From: Eledone cirrhosa
Taxonomy: Eukaryota
Assembly (NCBI GenBank): GCA_964016885.1
Contig: OZ024743.1
Span: 156,488,001 to 156,552,000 of the forward strand
Direction of reading: 5' to 3'
DNA length: 64,000 nucleotides
Below the pieces are notes generated by a model. That model was not told the DNA's origin. It ran no database searches and saw only the letters and a list, made by a program, of their open reading frames with translations. This document shows, in pieces, positions 27,050-41,626 of the stretch; within the stretch, counting starts at the first letter, position 1, and each line of letters begins with the position of its first letter. The position numbers and the translations under genes were made by a program.

Positions 27050-28170
27050 TGACCCTCTGACCACTTCCTGTTGCGAGATCAACCCATCCAAGTCCGAGGT
27101 AACAAACGTTAACTTAGAAGAGGCTGAATTCCACGACACCGTAATCAGCACCCATACCGTCCTGTCTGGAGTTAGGCTAAAGCCCCAAATCACGAAATGT
27201 ATTCTCGACTCTCCAATTTCTCGAAAGCCGTAAGAGACCAAGCATGCAGAGTTATCCCGAATAGCAGATAGGCTCCGTCACATTGACCCTGCGCTCTTGC
27301 TCTTCACGAACTGCTTTGCACTCCCCAAATTTCTATTTACTCTGCGCAATGCTCCAACTCACCACAACGCACATCATCTTGGTGAAACTCGACACCACCA
27401 CGCGACACTCTGCAGAACTTCCCTGTAACGTCAGTTTCAATAGCGGCGAGAGGCAAAGGTTGTATAACCAAGCGAGTTTGGGTAGCATCGGCCTCCGATC
27501 CGCTCCTAATAAGGTTTTACCTTGGCGTGGCTCCAGAGCTCAAACAGGCTCTGGTCGACTGGAGACGCGAAGACCTTTCCGTCAACCATTATACAAATGT
27601 CCAACGTAACTTCGACGACATCAAATGCAGGTCTTCCTTCAAACGCATTGAGTCTAGCTTAGACCAGCCCCACTTTGCCTGCCTCCAATCCGCTTCAGCC
27701 GCGCGTGTCTCAATTCGGTACCCTCCTTATCAATTGATAATGTTTTTGATGACGAGTGCACTCGCATTGGTGTGGCTCGGCGCCTCGGCCTCAACTTGTG
27801 TGAACCACATAAATGGGGTTGCGGTAAGGTCTATGACCCTAAGCCACCCGATGGATTTACTCTTTTCCCATTCGAAGGAGGTAGGTCTCTCATTTGTGAC
27901 GTCACATGTTTCAACACGTTCTCCACATCCAGCTTAGTTACTTCGGCCATGAACCCTTCTACTGCGGCCCAAAATGCAGAGGAAAGGAAGACCAACAAAA
28001 CTGGCGATGTCCGGCCGATTCCTTTTCGCTCGCGTACTTTGACGACGTACAGTCGAGCCCTTCCGTATGATCGGATCGTCAGCAGTCCACCTGATAAAGG
28101 AGCCCGCGAAGTGGGGTGTCTGTTGCAGTGGGTGTCGCTGGCGATTGTCCGTGGTGCGCAGCGCCTAGAG
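27050..28170 (+). mobile_element. Decayed CRE-like (RLE) non-LTR retrotransposon, 3' part
   Basis: EINPSKSEV; RRLGLNLCEPHKWGCG; PPDGFTLFPFEGGRSLICDVTCFNTF...AAQNAEERK; LLQWVSLAIVRG. Confidence 0.85.
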
Positions 28171-29904
28171 CTCATCACCGTTTATCTTACGGTTTTTTAA
28201 TTTGTATTAATAAATCATATTTAGCAGATAGACTATAGACAATTTGGCAACGGTTTAAAATTCAACCCCTAATAAGACATTTACTCATAAGAAAGAAGCA
28301 TCTGCAAGTATAGAACAATTGTCAAAAAACTGCCACTCCTCGCCGAAAGATATCCAGAAAGGTGCTTTTTTATCAGATAATATTTTAACTCAAGATTTTC
28401 ATGCTGTAATGAGGCGAAATTGGTTCACGTATAATTCGCGCGCAGGTCTACAAGTAATATACAGTATTTGAATGAGTAAATCAAAATGGAGAAACAAAGT
28501 CGAAAATGAAGCTGATAACAATAATAATATCGATAACGAAAGCTATAAGGTTAGAATGTAGAATTACACAGTTTGATAAATTACTGTCTACAATTTGGTT
28601 ACTAACTATTAAAATTGGTATAGAACAATTAATTTTTACCATTGGCACAATGCTGCTTATTTCTCTTGGTATGTGCTTCTGTGTAGGTGGATCTGGGGTT
28701 ACAGTTTGTTACTTCACCTAATCCGATATATTAATGATATTGAATGCACGACGGATAAAGTGCAAATTCATACATGGTGGCATTTGAAAGCTAAAGGAAA
28801 ATATGTGTATTGGTGTTATACAAATCTGAAAGATCAACCTCCCCATAGATATAACCTTTGCATTTCTCAAACATATATTCTTCTATATATGCCAGCAACA
28901 ATATTTGTGCAGGTGTTTGCATAAATATTTATTCAGCAATCTGTTACATTTGTAAAACTGTTACGTTGATTGCCAAAAGTTTAATTATAATATTATAATA
29001 GACATATTTGCAAAAATGTGCTACACATTACTTACTCATAAAAGAGGTTCAGTGACATCACGAGGTGCATCCAAATGCGAGAGCATACAACAATGCATGT
29101 ATTGCTACAGTGCAAACCAGTGCAACGTGATATCAGAAAAGAAACCGTATGCGAATGATTGAAGAGTATCGTTTGAACTCCACTAAATAATTCAGCGCGT
29201 GACTGTAGTAGTAGCCAGACGAAAGGTTAGGTATATGAACCAAGACAAGCGGTCCATGTATTTTCTCTGACACCTTTTATCTTAAAAAGCTTCTGTGTCC
29301 TCAATGTTTGATAATAGGATTGAGTAAAAAAAACAGTAATTTCGAAGCAAACATCTTAACCACATGACCCTAACAGAATCCACATAGAAATATGCTCCAA
29401 AAGTATTTTATTTAAAGACTTACCATTCCTGCGGTCAACTAAATTGAAACTGTTATAATTCATTTTTATATAAACGTTTTTTTTCTCTTTTTTATCACTA
29501 GGAGTATTGATTGTTTTTGAACTGAGGGTGGATAAGCAATTGCAATGCATAATTTAGGTTATTTTTTTATGTTTCCCCCTTTTTCGTGCTTTGCTTTTAT
29601 GAAAACAACCAAACCACTTGATAATTAAGTAATATTGAAATACCAATAATATATCATCTATGACTTCCACACCTCTTTCTCTCCCTCACACTGTGTATCT
29701 GTAAGACCTTCACTTTTTCTCTTTCTCTCTTTTTTGTTGCCTTACTTAATTTATTGATGCGACATTTAGTATGGGTTTGTGTTTAGCGATCTTACTCAGT
29801 TTAAATAATTTCCTATGACTTTCACATTTTAAGTGTAATGTGCTGCCGGAGTATTAAGGGTATATGCGACATAGGACGATAACATGTAGTATAATAAAAA
29901 ATAA

Positions 29905-29946
<42 letters not shown>

Positions 29947-29969
29947 TATATATATATCATATATATATC

Positions 29970-30165
29970 CTGAGTAATTAGAGAATTGGATTCACAATCG
30001 TGAGGTCGTGAGTTCGATTCCCGAACCGGGCGATGCCTTATGTCCTTGAGCAAGACACTTTATTTCACGTTGCTCCTTCTACCTGGAGTTGCGACCGATA
30101 GATAGTATTAGCAATTGGAAAGACCAATGGAGATATTGTTTCCTCGGTCCGATTTGACGAAAGTC
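29970..30165 (+). mobile_element. tRNA-derived CORE-type SINE, family B
   Basis: B-box GAGTTCGATTCC; CORE-like TGTCCTTGAGCAAGACACTT. Confidence 0.88.
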
Positions 30166-30534
30166 GATCGATTGTCTATCGATACATATACTATAAATTA
30201 TGTCATTAGAATCATTTGATAAGATATATACTCAATTTCCGCTCCCAATTGGCATAATCAACCACACAAAAAAACAATTAAACCAGGCTATAAGATTAAA
30301 AGGCACCTGTGAAGAAATAAACGATAACCATTCATTCGCGATTAATAGCACGTGGAAATCGATAAAATATATCGTCAACCATACACAATTAGGTATAACA
30401 TTAAAGTTAGAAGAAAAAAATGCATATACACATACCAGGATTACGTTTCATATATATAAATATATATATATATACATACATATATATACATACTATATTT
30501 TATCCTCCTTTCCCGCATGTATATGTGTGGGTGT

Positions 30535-31535
30535 ATGACCATTATTTCAAGACAAATTCCCGTCACATGGCCTCCCGCTTCATCCTGCATGGATATACTC
30601 CCACCCTGATCAAAACGTCAGTCACACGTGCCCGTATTCTCCACGACCTTCTCGTGCGTATTTCCTTGTATTACCCTCCGAGGACTTCACCTACCTCTCA
30701 TGCTTGTTCTCGTCACCGCTGTAACGACAGTCCTATCATTTCTAACCTCACCACTCTCACAGGCACCAATGGTTCATTCCATATCCCCAGTCCATCACCT
30801 GCAACTCCACCCATGCTTTCTATGCCTTCCAGTGTTCACTTTGCGGGTCCTTATACATCGGACAAACATAATGCCGTTTGGCGGACGGTTATGCTGAACA
30901 TTTGAGAGCCATATGACTCGGTATGGATCTCCCGTTACCCGTCATTTGCGTTCCCCATGTCACTATTCCCTACATGTCTCAGTTCTTGGTTTCCTTTTAC
31001 AGCACACATCAAAGGTCTCGCACACAGGACAGAATCTGCTTTTCCCCTATGGCTCCCCTTTCCCGAATGGACTCAACTCCGCTCCACAATTTATTTTATC
31101 GTACAAACATACGTTGTGCTTACTACTCTACCACTAATAACACACACACACACACATTCGCACGCACACTCTCACACACACATACACACGTTTACACATA
31201 CACACACGTATCGCTCAATATACAAAACATTTTTCAGATAAATGCACCCCATCATCAACTTTTCTAAAAAAAACATATCATACACAAAACGCCTACATCA
31301 ACAGTTTTCCAAGAAATGACACCATGAATCAACCTGTTATTTTCGCTAAAATGATTTTTCAAATTCCGCCCTGCCTGTCCTCTTAATCTTTTTATTTCTT
31401 TTTTCATTATTTCTGTTGATGAAGGATTAGCGTCTGAAACGTTAAGATCCTCTTCCTGCAATTTCAAGCGTTAAACTAATATACTTCTTCCACTTAATGT
31501 GGCGTTTGTTTTGTTATTTCTGTTTAGCTTTTACA
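30535..31535 (+). mobile_element. 5'-truncated PLE (GIY-YIG + pLTR with hammerhead-like motif at 31411-31447)
   Basis: TCNSTHAFYAFQCSLCGSLYIGQT*CRLADGYAEHL, SPVTRHL, PNGLN; TTGATGA-AGGAT TAGC GTCT-GAAACGTTA. Confidence 0.88.
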
Positions 31536-34149
31536 TATATATAAATATATAAACATTTTGAATTCATTTCTAGCGGGGATCATGGTAGAAGAAACTTAGT
31601 CCAGTCTGGAGTATGTCCTGATGAGTTCCAAGCCTCGTGGATTTATCGAAGACCGGGTATATCCAAAAAGTGTAACTAAACCACCGGTGGTAGAGACTCT
31701 GAGAATTCTGGTAAAATTTATGTGCATTTGTTCTTCAAACTTCTATTTTGTACGCGTAGTTAACTATTTTGTCTAGTCAATTTCTACAGGCTAGAAGAAA
31801 TACTTAGATAAGTGTCAAATGGCTGTACATCGCGGAAAATAATCTGTATCATTTGTCTATTATTTCTTCATAAGGACATTCTAAACTTATAGTCTCGTTT
31901 AAATGATTTTTTATGTGGTTAATTTATACTGATTGGGAGAGAAAATACTGTATATATATATATTTGAAAAAAAGGAAAAGAATGACTTCACTTGTAGTTC
32001 TAAACAATTTGATTTAATTTTATAATTTTATAAAATTATGAGTTGGTAGATCTAATAAGTTCTTTGTTAACTTCGGTGGAAAGTTTTTGTAGATTAGACA
32101 TATGTCAAACCTGAACAAATATTATTGAGGTCCCTATGCTCCTATTTTTGATAAATCTATGTTATCTCTTTTTGTCGTTTTTTTTTTTCACATCTAGGCG
32201 TGCATTGACCAGTGTGTCTTGCCTTACTTAAGAGCGTGATTTCAGTTATATCTGGCTAGCATAACCCAATGGATTTACATGGCAGACAGAGTTGTTTGAA
32301 CAAATTACTGGGTGGAAGGATAAGATTTGAAGGTGCGAAAGAAGAAAGAGAGATCTGATCCCATGAAAACCACGCTCTTATATTCATATTTAATAATTGG
32401 GAAAATCAGATCAAGGGAATAACAAAATTAGTTATTCGTGTTTTTCTCAATCAGGTTTTAGATACTGAAAATGATAACAATAACCCAGTAAAGTTATAAA
32501 TATTGACAATAATATCAAATATTGAGACAGGAATAGCGAAATGAGCCATTATTATAAATTGAAACATTATGTTTTTCATGAAACCCTCAATTTTATATAT
32601 TATCTGTTACTATTTGTTTTCTTTTGCTCTTAACGCAATGTGGATGCTTCTAGTTTAATAGCCATTGATATATTAAATGTCCAACATCTTACTTCTACAA
32701 TCAGTTTTCTTTTATGAATCACAGACCTATTTTACCATATAGGACGAACATCAAGTTTCAATATTGCTCCTCTAAGCCTATCCATGTAACAGTCAATTAT
32801 TTTGACTAGATTCAAATAGATTGTCATTCCCTCTTCATGATTTGTTTTCGTTCAAAACGAATGAGAAATCATACTATCTCATATATATTGACATGCATGG
32901 CTCGGATGCACATTAAATGGTTAGTATTTTCATTGGTTGGTGTTGTGACATTGATTTGCTTGAGTAAATATTCATTGCACCACTCAGAATTAAAAACAAT
33001 GATAATTATAAACGAATCTATAAATTAAGATGTAATGTCAAATATTATCTTATTATTCATCTCCAAATATTTCATTTACCATTGAAATTTGTTCGTTTTA
33101 TCAACTAATGCGCATCTGATACTGATATAAAACATTAATATAATCATTTCACTGCACTTAATTACTGAGCTCAAAATCTCTGGGTGATTCTCTGAGATGT
33201 TTCATATGCTCAGCCCTATTGCTAAATCATATGTTCTGCTTCATACAAACAGGTTAAATAATAGCTAAGTTATATATTATAATGATCTTATAAAATGCAG
33301 TTTAAAGACTGATGCAAGAACTTTGTTGTGTGATTGTACAGAAAATTAAATTTCAATGTGGTTGAAATTATGGAATGCTTTTCATCACAATAAACAAATG
33401 GCTCATTAATCACTGTTGAATAATTACTGTATAGCAACAATATACATGTATATTGCATGCTACCACTAGCATAACATAGTTTAATATTTGAGAGAAGCGG
33501 ACAAAAATGCAGTTAAAATGGAAATATTAAATACAGCTGATGAGATATAGTAAGAGCAAATATAGCCATGTGGTTTGGTGTTTAGTTACAATATATGTCA
33601 CCTACAGTGAGTAGCATCTTACATAGCCTCAGGCTGACCAACGACTTGCAAGTGTAATTTAATTAACGAATACTGCTTAATTCTGCCGTATGTATACACA
33701 CACAGCTAAGTATGCATTAGATAGATAGAGCTCAATAAAATACGAGGCTCGCGAAAATAAATAATGTGTCTATATGATAGACTAAATCCATTGAATACCA
33801 TGCCCTAGCCGATATTCAGTTGAACTTCCCAAATTCAATATGTCTAACTACACTAAACAGATATTATTGTAAACTCCATCTTCTATAGGTTGTTTGGGTA
33901 TTTCGTTAGTTATCATCCGAAAATGTTTGGAAGTAGATAACGATGATTATAGTCAATGGAATTAAATATTTAGTTTCTTATATGAAATTGTGTATCGACG
34001 TTAATTCTATTCACATATATAACGTTATTTTATCAACTTTTTTTTTTTTAAAGTAAACGGATATTTTATAACTCGACAACGATGTCACATTTTGTATATG
34101 AGAGTGTATGGTATTGATGAGTTAATATCTCTATACAACAACTGAAACG

Positions 34150-36200
34150 GTACGCGATGGGGTCCACCCCCAGCCACGGCGGACAGAATGGAGAAGGCGT
34201 TTCAACGGAGGGCGGCAAGGGAGACGCGCTGGAAAAGCCACTCCATCTCGCGGGGCTCACACCTGGGGCTGGCCAGCTCGGCGCCTATGGTGGTGAGTAA
34301 GGAGCTAGCCCTGGGACCGAGGACACCAGAAGTCTCCACGCCCGGGGTACGACCGCGAACCTGTCGGAGAGCCACCGGTATTTGAGGATTTTGGCCCCCT
34401 CAGCCCGACGTGCAGCAGAACCTGTGTCAGACGCAGACTGCACCAGGTTAAGGCTGCAGAAAGTGTCGGTGCGAGTGGCATCCCATACTAGGGGTTTGCC
34501 ACCGCGGAACGGGAAGATGGTCATGCCATCGGGCCTTTTGACGTCCCTTCGATCCAGCCCCACCGGCTCGAGCTGGGAAGGGAAGACTGCAGCGTCCAAG
34601 CCATGGTTAAAGACCTCATTGAGGGCAGAATGGCGTGGGATGCGGCCGGCACTGTGGCGACAGGAAAGCGGATGTAGTCCGAAAGAGTCCACGGTGGAAC
34701 CGCAGCGCCATTAATGTGGCTGGCAGATCCGGAGGCCTAGCATCAGGGAAACACCGATGCGCAGGCTATGGCTGTCTAGCTGCGTTCCAGTGGAGAAGGA
34801 GGGCAAGATATGGAGCCAGGCACCACTGTGGGGTTTGTAGGCCGCGCAAAATCAAGCAAGGCGGTGCTGGTCGAGCTGGCGCGTGAGCCTGTCTGAGGCC
34901 AGGCTGCACTGCATGGCATCCCACTTGCGTTGAGGTGACTTGACGTTAACAGGGGGAGAGGGATGTCGGACTTCTACTGGGCTAAGTCCCAGCCGGTCCC
35001 ACGTCTCACAGTCGGTTTCACGTCCTCTGAACACAGAGGGGTCTGTTGTGTTTTGAAGAACCATGCTGACGAGGATGCGGCACGAGGTTACCGATGAAAG
35101 ATACGCCGGCAAAAGTAGTGAGATCAGGGACTGGAAGCCAAGGCCGCTATACCTGACAAGTAAAGTGACATGTTGCCACGCTATGTCGTCAAACTTTAAG
35201 TTGCATATCTCCTCGTCTGCTGCTCAGATACAAGTATCGAGGTCAGCGATGAGTGATGTCTGTGTGTAGCACGGAGTGCTGCGGAGTGTATAGAGGAGCT
35301 TCGGCAAGGCGAAGCTGTTCCTTAGCAGAAAGTGAGCTGGGTGGCCGTCAATTAAGCCCAGTTGGCTCGTGAGGCTCTGGAGCTGTTGAAGCCTGGACGT
35401 GATGGTGGAGCGGATGACCGGCGGGTGGTTCGGTGACCTAGGATGTGGCCATCCTCTTTGGGGGGTCACTTGAAACTGGCGGAGAGCGGACCGCACGTCC
35501 AAGACGGAGGCAGCAAAACTCGCAGCGTCGATGCTGACATTCACCACGTCCGACTTGGCCGAGTTGACCTGGAGGCCGATTCCCGCCAGCGCAAGAACCA
35601 CCGATTGAAGTTCATGCCAGACCGTCTGTACGGGACCGCCCCAACGTAGCAGCATCCAGATACAAAACGTTGAGGGGGGCCGTGATACTCCGTGCGATGT
35701 GGTCAATTTCCAAGGGCCAACGGGAGGGGTCCCAAAGTGTCGCCCTATTGACCTCAGTAGCCGAAGGTATGACCGTATCAGCAGCAAGTATCATGCTCGG
35801 GGCTCCATATGACAATGAGGACAGCGGGTAGGCAGAGCGGGCTCGGCTTAGACAGGTCTCGAGCAGATGATCCCGGCGTAAAATTTTGAAGGCATTGACA
35901 ATGAGCTGTCTGGAGACCTTGGATACCGGTTCCGACGGGCTGCTGTTGAAGAACTGCCTGGTTGCATGAGCGGCCCCCTGACAGCCACCGGACACGCCGA
36001 CACCCAGTTGCGCCGGACTAAACTCCTCACCCAGTTCGTGTGTTACGGACTTGCAGATCACTTGGCAGCACGCCTCTGGAAGACATTGCCCACAGCAATG
36101 GGGCGTATGCCACCCTCTTTCTTCCTGATAGCGGTGAGGCTGGCCGTAAAAAAGATTCCTCGCGCGTAAGGGTCCTATGTTCTTAGTAATCACAGCGTTC
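34150..36200 (-). mobile_element. CRE-like (RLE) non-LTR retrotransposon, RT to RLE, frameshifted
   Basis: PAQLGVGVSGGCQGAAHA; NAF; LNVLYLDAATLG; RHSALNEV...EPVGLDRRDVKRPDGMTIFPF.GGKPLVWDAT...AARRAEGAKILKY. Confidence 0.92.
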
Positions 36201-37149
36201 CTGTTTTAAATTGAGGCGAATATGCACATGACATATTTTCATAAGCATTTGGTCATTATCATTCCCTCCTATTTACATTCCGATATTTGTTCACATTGGT
36301 GTCTAATTTGTTAATGAATTGTTCGACATTATCCTCCTTATAAACGCCAAAATTGCTCTTGTCCTATAATAATCACGTTACGGACACTACAAATAGTTTT
36401 ACATAGTAAGTCCTTGAAATAACAATGTTACCAATTTAAATATTTGAATTAGTTGCACATGAAAGGAAAGGATTTCATTGACCAGTTGTGCATATCGAGC
36501 ATTTACATTAGTTGGAATTAATGCCCTTACTCCAGCCTGTACGGAATTAATTCCAATGAATGCTGCCTACCCACAGAATTATAGTATATAGTAAAACTTG
36601 AAATATGTCTTTGTTTTGATACCTATTATTTTGTAATAGTTGAATGAATTATTTCTGATTTATCAAATGAAACGAATTAACCAAAAGAACTATGACATTA
36701 CAAAGTTTTAGTAAATTTGCTATATTGTTATGTTATTAATATTACCAAAGAATATATTATGAATTAGAAATAACACTATTATAAAATTACATTTTAATTT
36801 CATAGTCTCTTGGAATTTGTATTAAATAATTTGCTTTATAAGATGAGAAATGAAAATTAATAGCAGACAAGCAGGAAATACAACCATTAGGCGGGTGTGA
36901 AATGAGCTAATAGTTAATTAATAGATGAAATTGCACTCACTGCACAAACTTACAAATAATGTTGCAAACCAGCATGGCAATTGTTCAAAGGCAGTATTCA
37001 ATACGCATGTTGTGATTAAAATAAACTAATTGATATTTACCTAATGGGATTTACCCATTACCAGGCTTAGAAAAATATAAGTTTTCGGGTTCGTATTATT
37101 GATTAACATTCTTGATTATAATGTTTCGACATCACAGTCGACTGATGTG

Positions 37150-37420
37150 AGTAACCATTACCAGAAACTATGAAATTTGCCTCTGCCGGTTTTGACAATG
37201 AGTGTCCCAGTTGTTCGAATAAATTAAAGTATATGTAGTTCCATGGACACCTCTAGTCATTGTGTAACAAATTCACGTATATGTGGCTCAGCTATCCAAA
37301 GGCATCTCCTATTATTACGTAATACTCAAGGATATAAAGAGTGCCACAGCACATGTTAAGGATGTAACTTTGGACTACATGTAGACTGCATCGGACATTT
37401 TCCGTTACCTAAATTTCACT
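37150..37420 (+). mobile_element. Possible piggyBac transposase C-terminal remnant
   Basis: KECHSTC*GCNFGLHVDC resembles the piggyBac Cys-rich terminal domain; very decayed. Confidence 0.4.
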
Positions 37421-38159
37421 CACAAGATATATGTCAATCCTAAAGTTTCTTTTTCGTCTCTGTATCGTACTAACAAATCTATTATTCATATCCTGTTATT
37501 ATTTTATTTAAGAAATTTAGCTCAATTTTAAATCTGTCCTGCAAATACTGATAGGTTTACAAACGGTTCGCTTTCTACACCACAGACAAGTGTTTGGGCA
37601 CTAGCTTTGCACAAATGTTTCGCAGGTGCAAATCGTCTGTTAAAATACTGCGTACTGCATTTTTATCCAGGCCCGTTTTTTTCTGCAATCATCATAACAC
37701 ATAATCCGTGATCTTCCACATCTAAGATAACCTCCATATTTCTGTAATTCATTGACGGGAGTTTGCTTCCTGAATGATGTTCGTCCTATACTTTTTCTCT
37801 TTGAAAGCTTTGAACCACCATTTATATAAGCTTGTGTTAAGGAATTACATGTTTCGGTGGTAGATTTGTTTAGTGTCGGTCCATGTAACCCAGGACAACT
37901 TATTCCCATATCGGGTTGTCGGACACTAAACCGGCATCCTCCCCACAAATTTTGATTGGTGGGGAGAGTGAGTTGAGACACCCTACGATATGAAAATCGA
38001 TATGAAAACATGCCAAATGATGGAGGAACTCAGGAGAGTGAACAACCATCTAATAAATATGTATACATATATATACTTATATACATTTCTATATGTTTAT
38101 GCTTATATATTTTTATATACAAATTATAATCTTTCACATCTTTTAATTATAATTTATAC

Positions 38160-39915
38160 TCCTGAAATGGTCGTGTGGTTTCGCAGGAGGAGATGGTGAG
38201 GGTAAGTCATGCTGCCTTAAAACCAGTGACGACCAAGTCAATCATCAATTGATCTGCGGCCTAGTCTGCATCTGACAAATACAAGAAATGCCTTTAAGTT
38301 GAGAGAGGGGATTCAGTAAACATGATCTGCACATGCAAGATGCACCATAATAAAATTCACAGTGGTGACCATTCAGTAGAAAACCAAATGCAAGTCCTGC
38401 GGCAACGGAGTGATAGAGAAGGGGACAGGTGGAAGATGCTACTGGACATGTCTAATCTGAGATTTGTACCTATGGTTATAAGAAATGAATTGTCGTTCTG
38501 TGAATCGCCCGTAAGAAATTTCACAGTCCCTGTTCTATTCTTATCTATAAAGCAGATATATTTAGGTTGGTACTGCTTTCCCAGAAATGGGTGGGGCCAG
38601 AAAAGGTGCTCTACAAATTGTTTCCGCTCTTAATTCTTGACCATGCCGCAGATGACTGATGTACAATCTGCAGTCGAAATAATGCAATTAATGATACAAA
38701 ATGTCGAAGTCTTGGAATGTACGTACGTTGCAAGACTACAAGAAACAGCCTGAACTGAACATAGCCATCGTTGCATGGGATGTAGGAAAAGCGAATTGAC
38801 ATTGCTGCCTTGTCGGAAACAAGACTTCGAGTCTTTGGTCAACTTAAGAAATACGTAATTATTTCGAATTATTTTGGACTGGCAAAAGTGAAACTGAGAA
38901 ACGAGAATTTGGAGTGGGATTCACCTTTAGAACTGGCATTGCAAACAACCTAGAATTAGTGCGAAAGGGCACAAATGAGCATTTTATGCATCTACCACTT
39001 TCAGTTGGTAATAGCAAATATCTCACCGTGATTATCCACTATGTCCAGACATTGGGGTATTCTGAGACTATGTGTAACACAAGTGATAAGATTATACAGC
39101 TGTGTGATTTCAATGTTCACGGTTGTGTAGATCATCTTGAATGTCAAGATTGTCTCAGTAAACATGGCCTAAGTAAAGTCAATTAAAATGGACTTTATTT
39201 GGTCTCCTTGCACAGTGAGCCTGGTCTCAGTATAACAGATACCTTGTTTCAAGAAGCCAAGCAATATGAAACCAACTACAGGAATATAATACCAGGCCAT
39301 GGGCATATACTTGACTATCTTATGTAGATAAGATAAAAGTGATTTCACAGTAATAGGAGTATTTCCCTCAACATAATGTTGGCTATGCTTTAGAGGAAAG
39401 GTGCATGAAAACGAAGTTACATCCAGCAGGTAAACATAATAGGAAAAACCTGCCGAATAAATTCAACATCGCTAAGCTTGAAACTGATACAAGGAATATT
39501 TTGCTTAATGCTTTAGATGAAAATCTCCAGTACATAAACATCACAGAAAATATTGAAGATTCGTGAAACCAGTTGTGAGATAAAATCAATATCTGTAATT
39601 GCTATTACCAACTGAAACCAATCTTGGTTTGATGAAAATGATGAAATCATAAATTTGGAACTTAAAAATAAATATACAGTCTACACAAAAATACTGGACA
39701 GAATTAATTCTCAAAAGAAAGAAAAACATCACAAAGTAACAAAAGACGGTTCGAGCATATAGGAAATAAAATAGTAGGGTGAAAATGAAAAAGCTCTCCA
39801 AAGTTCCCTTTGTCAGGCATGAAATAAAATCTTCCTTATTGACATTTGAAAGGAGTGTTTGGGCCTAGCAGTGATGGATACGCTCCCTTCATATCAGTTG
39901 ATGGCAATCTCTTGT
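38160..39915 (+). mobile_element. RTE (BovB-like) LINE, 5' half: UTR, APE, linker
   Basis: SWNVRTLQD...IDIAALSETRL...GQL...FWTG...EFGVGF; LCDFN; HILDY; APFISVDGNL. Confidence 0.85.
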
Positions 39916-39919
39916 CTGC

Positions 39920-41410
39920 TTAATACAAAGCTTCACCACTTCTGCGTACATACTGGTCAGTTCTGGCAAGTGATCTCTATGTGGCGTTTAAACCTGACAC
40001 AGATTTAAAAGGGTCATCAGCGTAAATTGCACATTACTTTGGTTCAGCTTGAACTGCCTGTTGTCTGATTTTGATGAACGTTAAAATGTCTCTTTATACC
40101 TCCTTTGCAAATCCGGTTTCATATCTGGGTAAACTGGTTTGTATGTTCTGTAGTCAGTAGGAAGTGTTATATTGTGATCTCTTATATGAGAGTGAGGTCC
40201 AGTCAGTTTTTGACATAAACTGCACAGGTATAACAAGTTCCATTAATTCCATTTACTATTAATGGTTATTTTGTCTTATATTCCCTTTAATATTCATTCT
40301 CTTTATTCAGTTTAGCCCAAAAGTGTTTCCACTGTTCCATGTGTTTGAACCCGAAATACATCACTGCGAGGTTTTCGAGTTTTGGGGGTGAATTTTTAAT
40401 GTTCTCTTTCAATGCATCTTTGAACGTTTCTTTTGGTTATTCTATTTCTCTATTCCACGAGCAAGTTCCGTATGCATCATTTGCCTAGGTATATGTTCCT
40501 TACCCATGCGGAAAATATCTCTAGACCACTGCAATTAGTTTTTTTTTCAAAATCATTACCTGGATGGAACAAATACCAGATTCAGCTATCCCATCAGAGC
40601 CGGCAGTGAATTAATTCCATTATATTTCCAGAATATGGCGTCAGCAATTTTGCTGTATCGTTGCAGAATACTAAAGTGAAATGTGTAACACTTTTAAAAT
40701 ATCAAAACAGTATAGATGAGAAGATAACACAAAGGAGTTATAAACAAATATTTTTGTTTCATTCTTGATATGTCTTTGTGAGCAAACCCGAGACACTAGA
40801 CTACCAAAAATATGTTGTTGCCTTTTGAATACTTATAGATATTTCTGAATATGATGATTCATCTTTATTCACTGCACATCCCAACTATACGAATGATTCA
40901 ACACTTTATGTTGTTGTAAACTTAGATGAGGTGCTGGTTGACACAAACTATCGTTTTCTTTAAATCTATAGTCAATCGAAGTATATCACATGCCGAATCA
41001 AATACGGAAGTACATCAACAATTGCAATCCATGCTCAGTATGATTGAGATGGTCACAGTAACAGCATACAATACATTTCTTATTAGGCAGGTGATCACTT
41101 TACTCTTAAATGTCATCGTTGGTAAATTAAAAAATAGTTGCTGTGGTACGTAATCTTACATATATTCCTTCATTGGTGGTTTGGAATGATTATAGGCCTT
41201 GGCAACGAAAACTATTGGAAAGAGAACAGCTTTGGTAACTAAATATACTGTAAGGAAATTAGCTGCATCAAGGTTGCTCTGTTTCACACCAGGTTTCACT
41301 GCAAAACCCTCAGAGAATGTTCCCCGAAAGTTAATTCTGGGTTTCATAAGTTGTCTAAGAGTTTTCAATATATCTAAAAACCCTCTTTGATGCCATCGAA
41401 ATATAGACAG
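39920..41410 (-). mobile_element. RTE LINE, 3' half: RT and C-terminal Zn finger, opposite orientation
   Basis: SEGFAVKPGVKQS; decayed thumb; terminal FKSVSGL motif. Confidence 0.75.
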
Positions 41411-41444
41411 AGCATTCCACTGAAGAGATCAAATAGTATAGAGC

Positions 41445-41503
<59 letters not shown>

Positions 41504-41591
41504 GGAAAAATTTGAACAGGGACAAAACAGAGAGGCAGTACAACAAATTTTTATTAATTTCACGGTCTGGAGAGTGTGGTGTTGGTGGGGG

Positions 41592-41626
41592 ACGACGTTT
41601 CGGGCATATGCCCTTCCTCAGGTGGG
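41592..41626 (-). ncRNA. Hammerhead motif in a solo PLE pLTR fragment (41500-41785) between (TA)n tracts
   Basis: CTGAGGA-A-GGGC ATAT GCCC-GAAA-CGTC: intact core, perfect stem II, GUC site; stem I is only 2 bp. Confidence 0.7.

Noticed and set aside
29970-30030. tRNA gene
   Set aside because: tRNA-like head lacks an acceptor stem and continues into a SINE body repeated three times in the window.
31617-31652. CTGATGA hammerhead core
   Set aside because: No clean stem II-GAAA, stem III or stem I.
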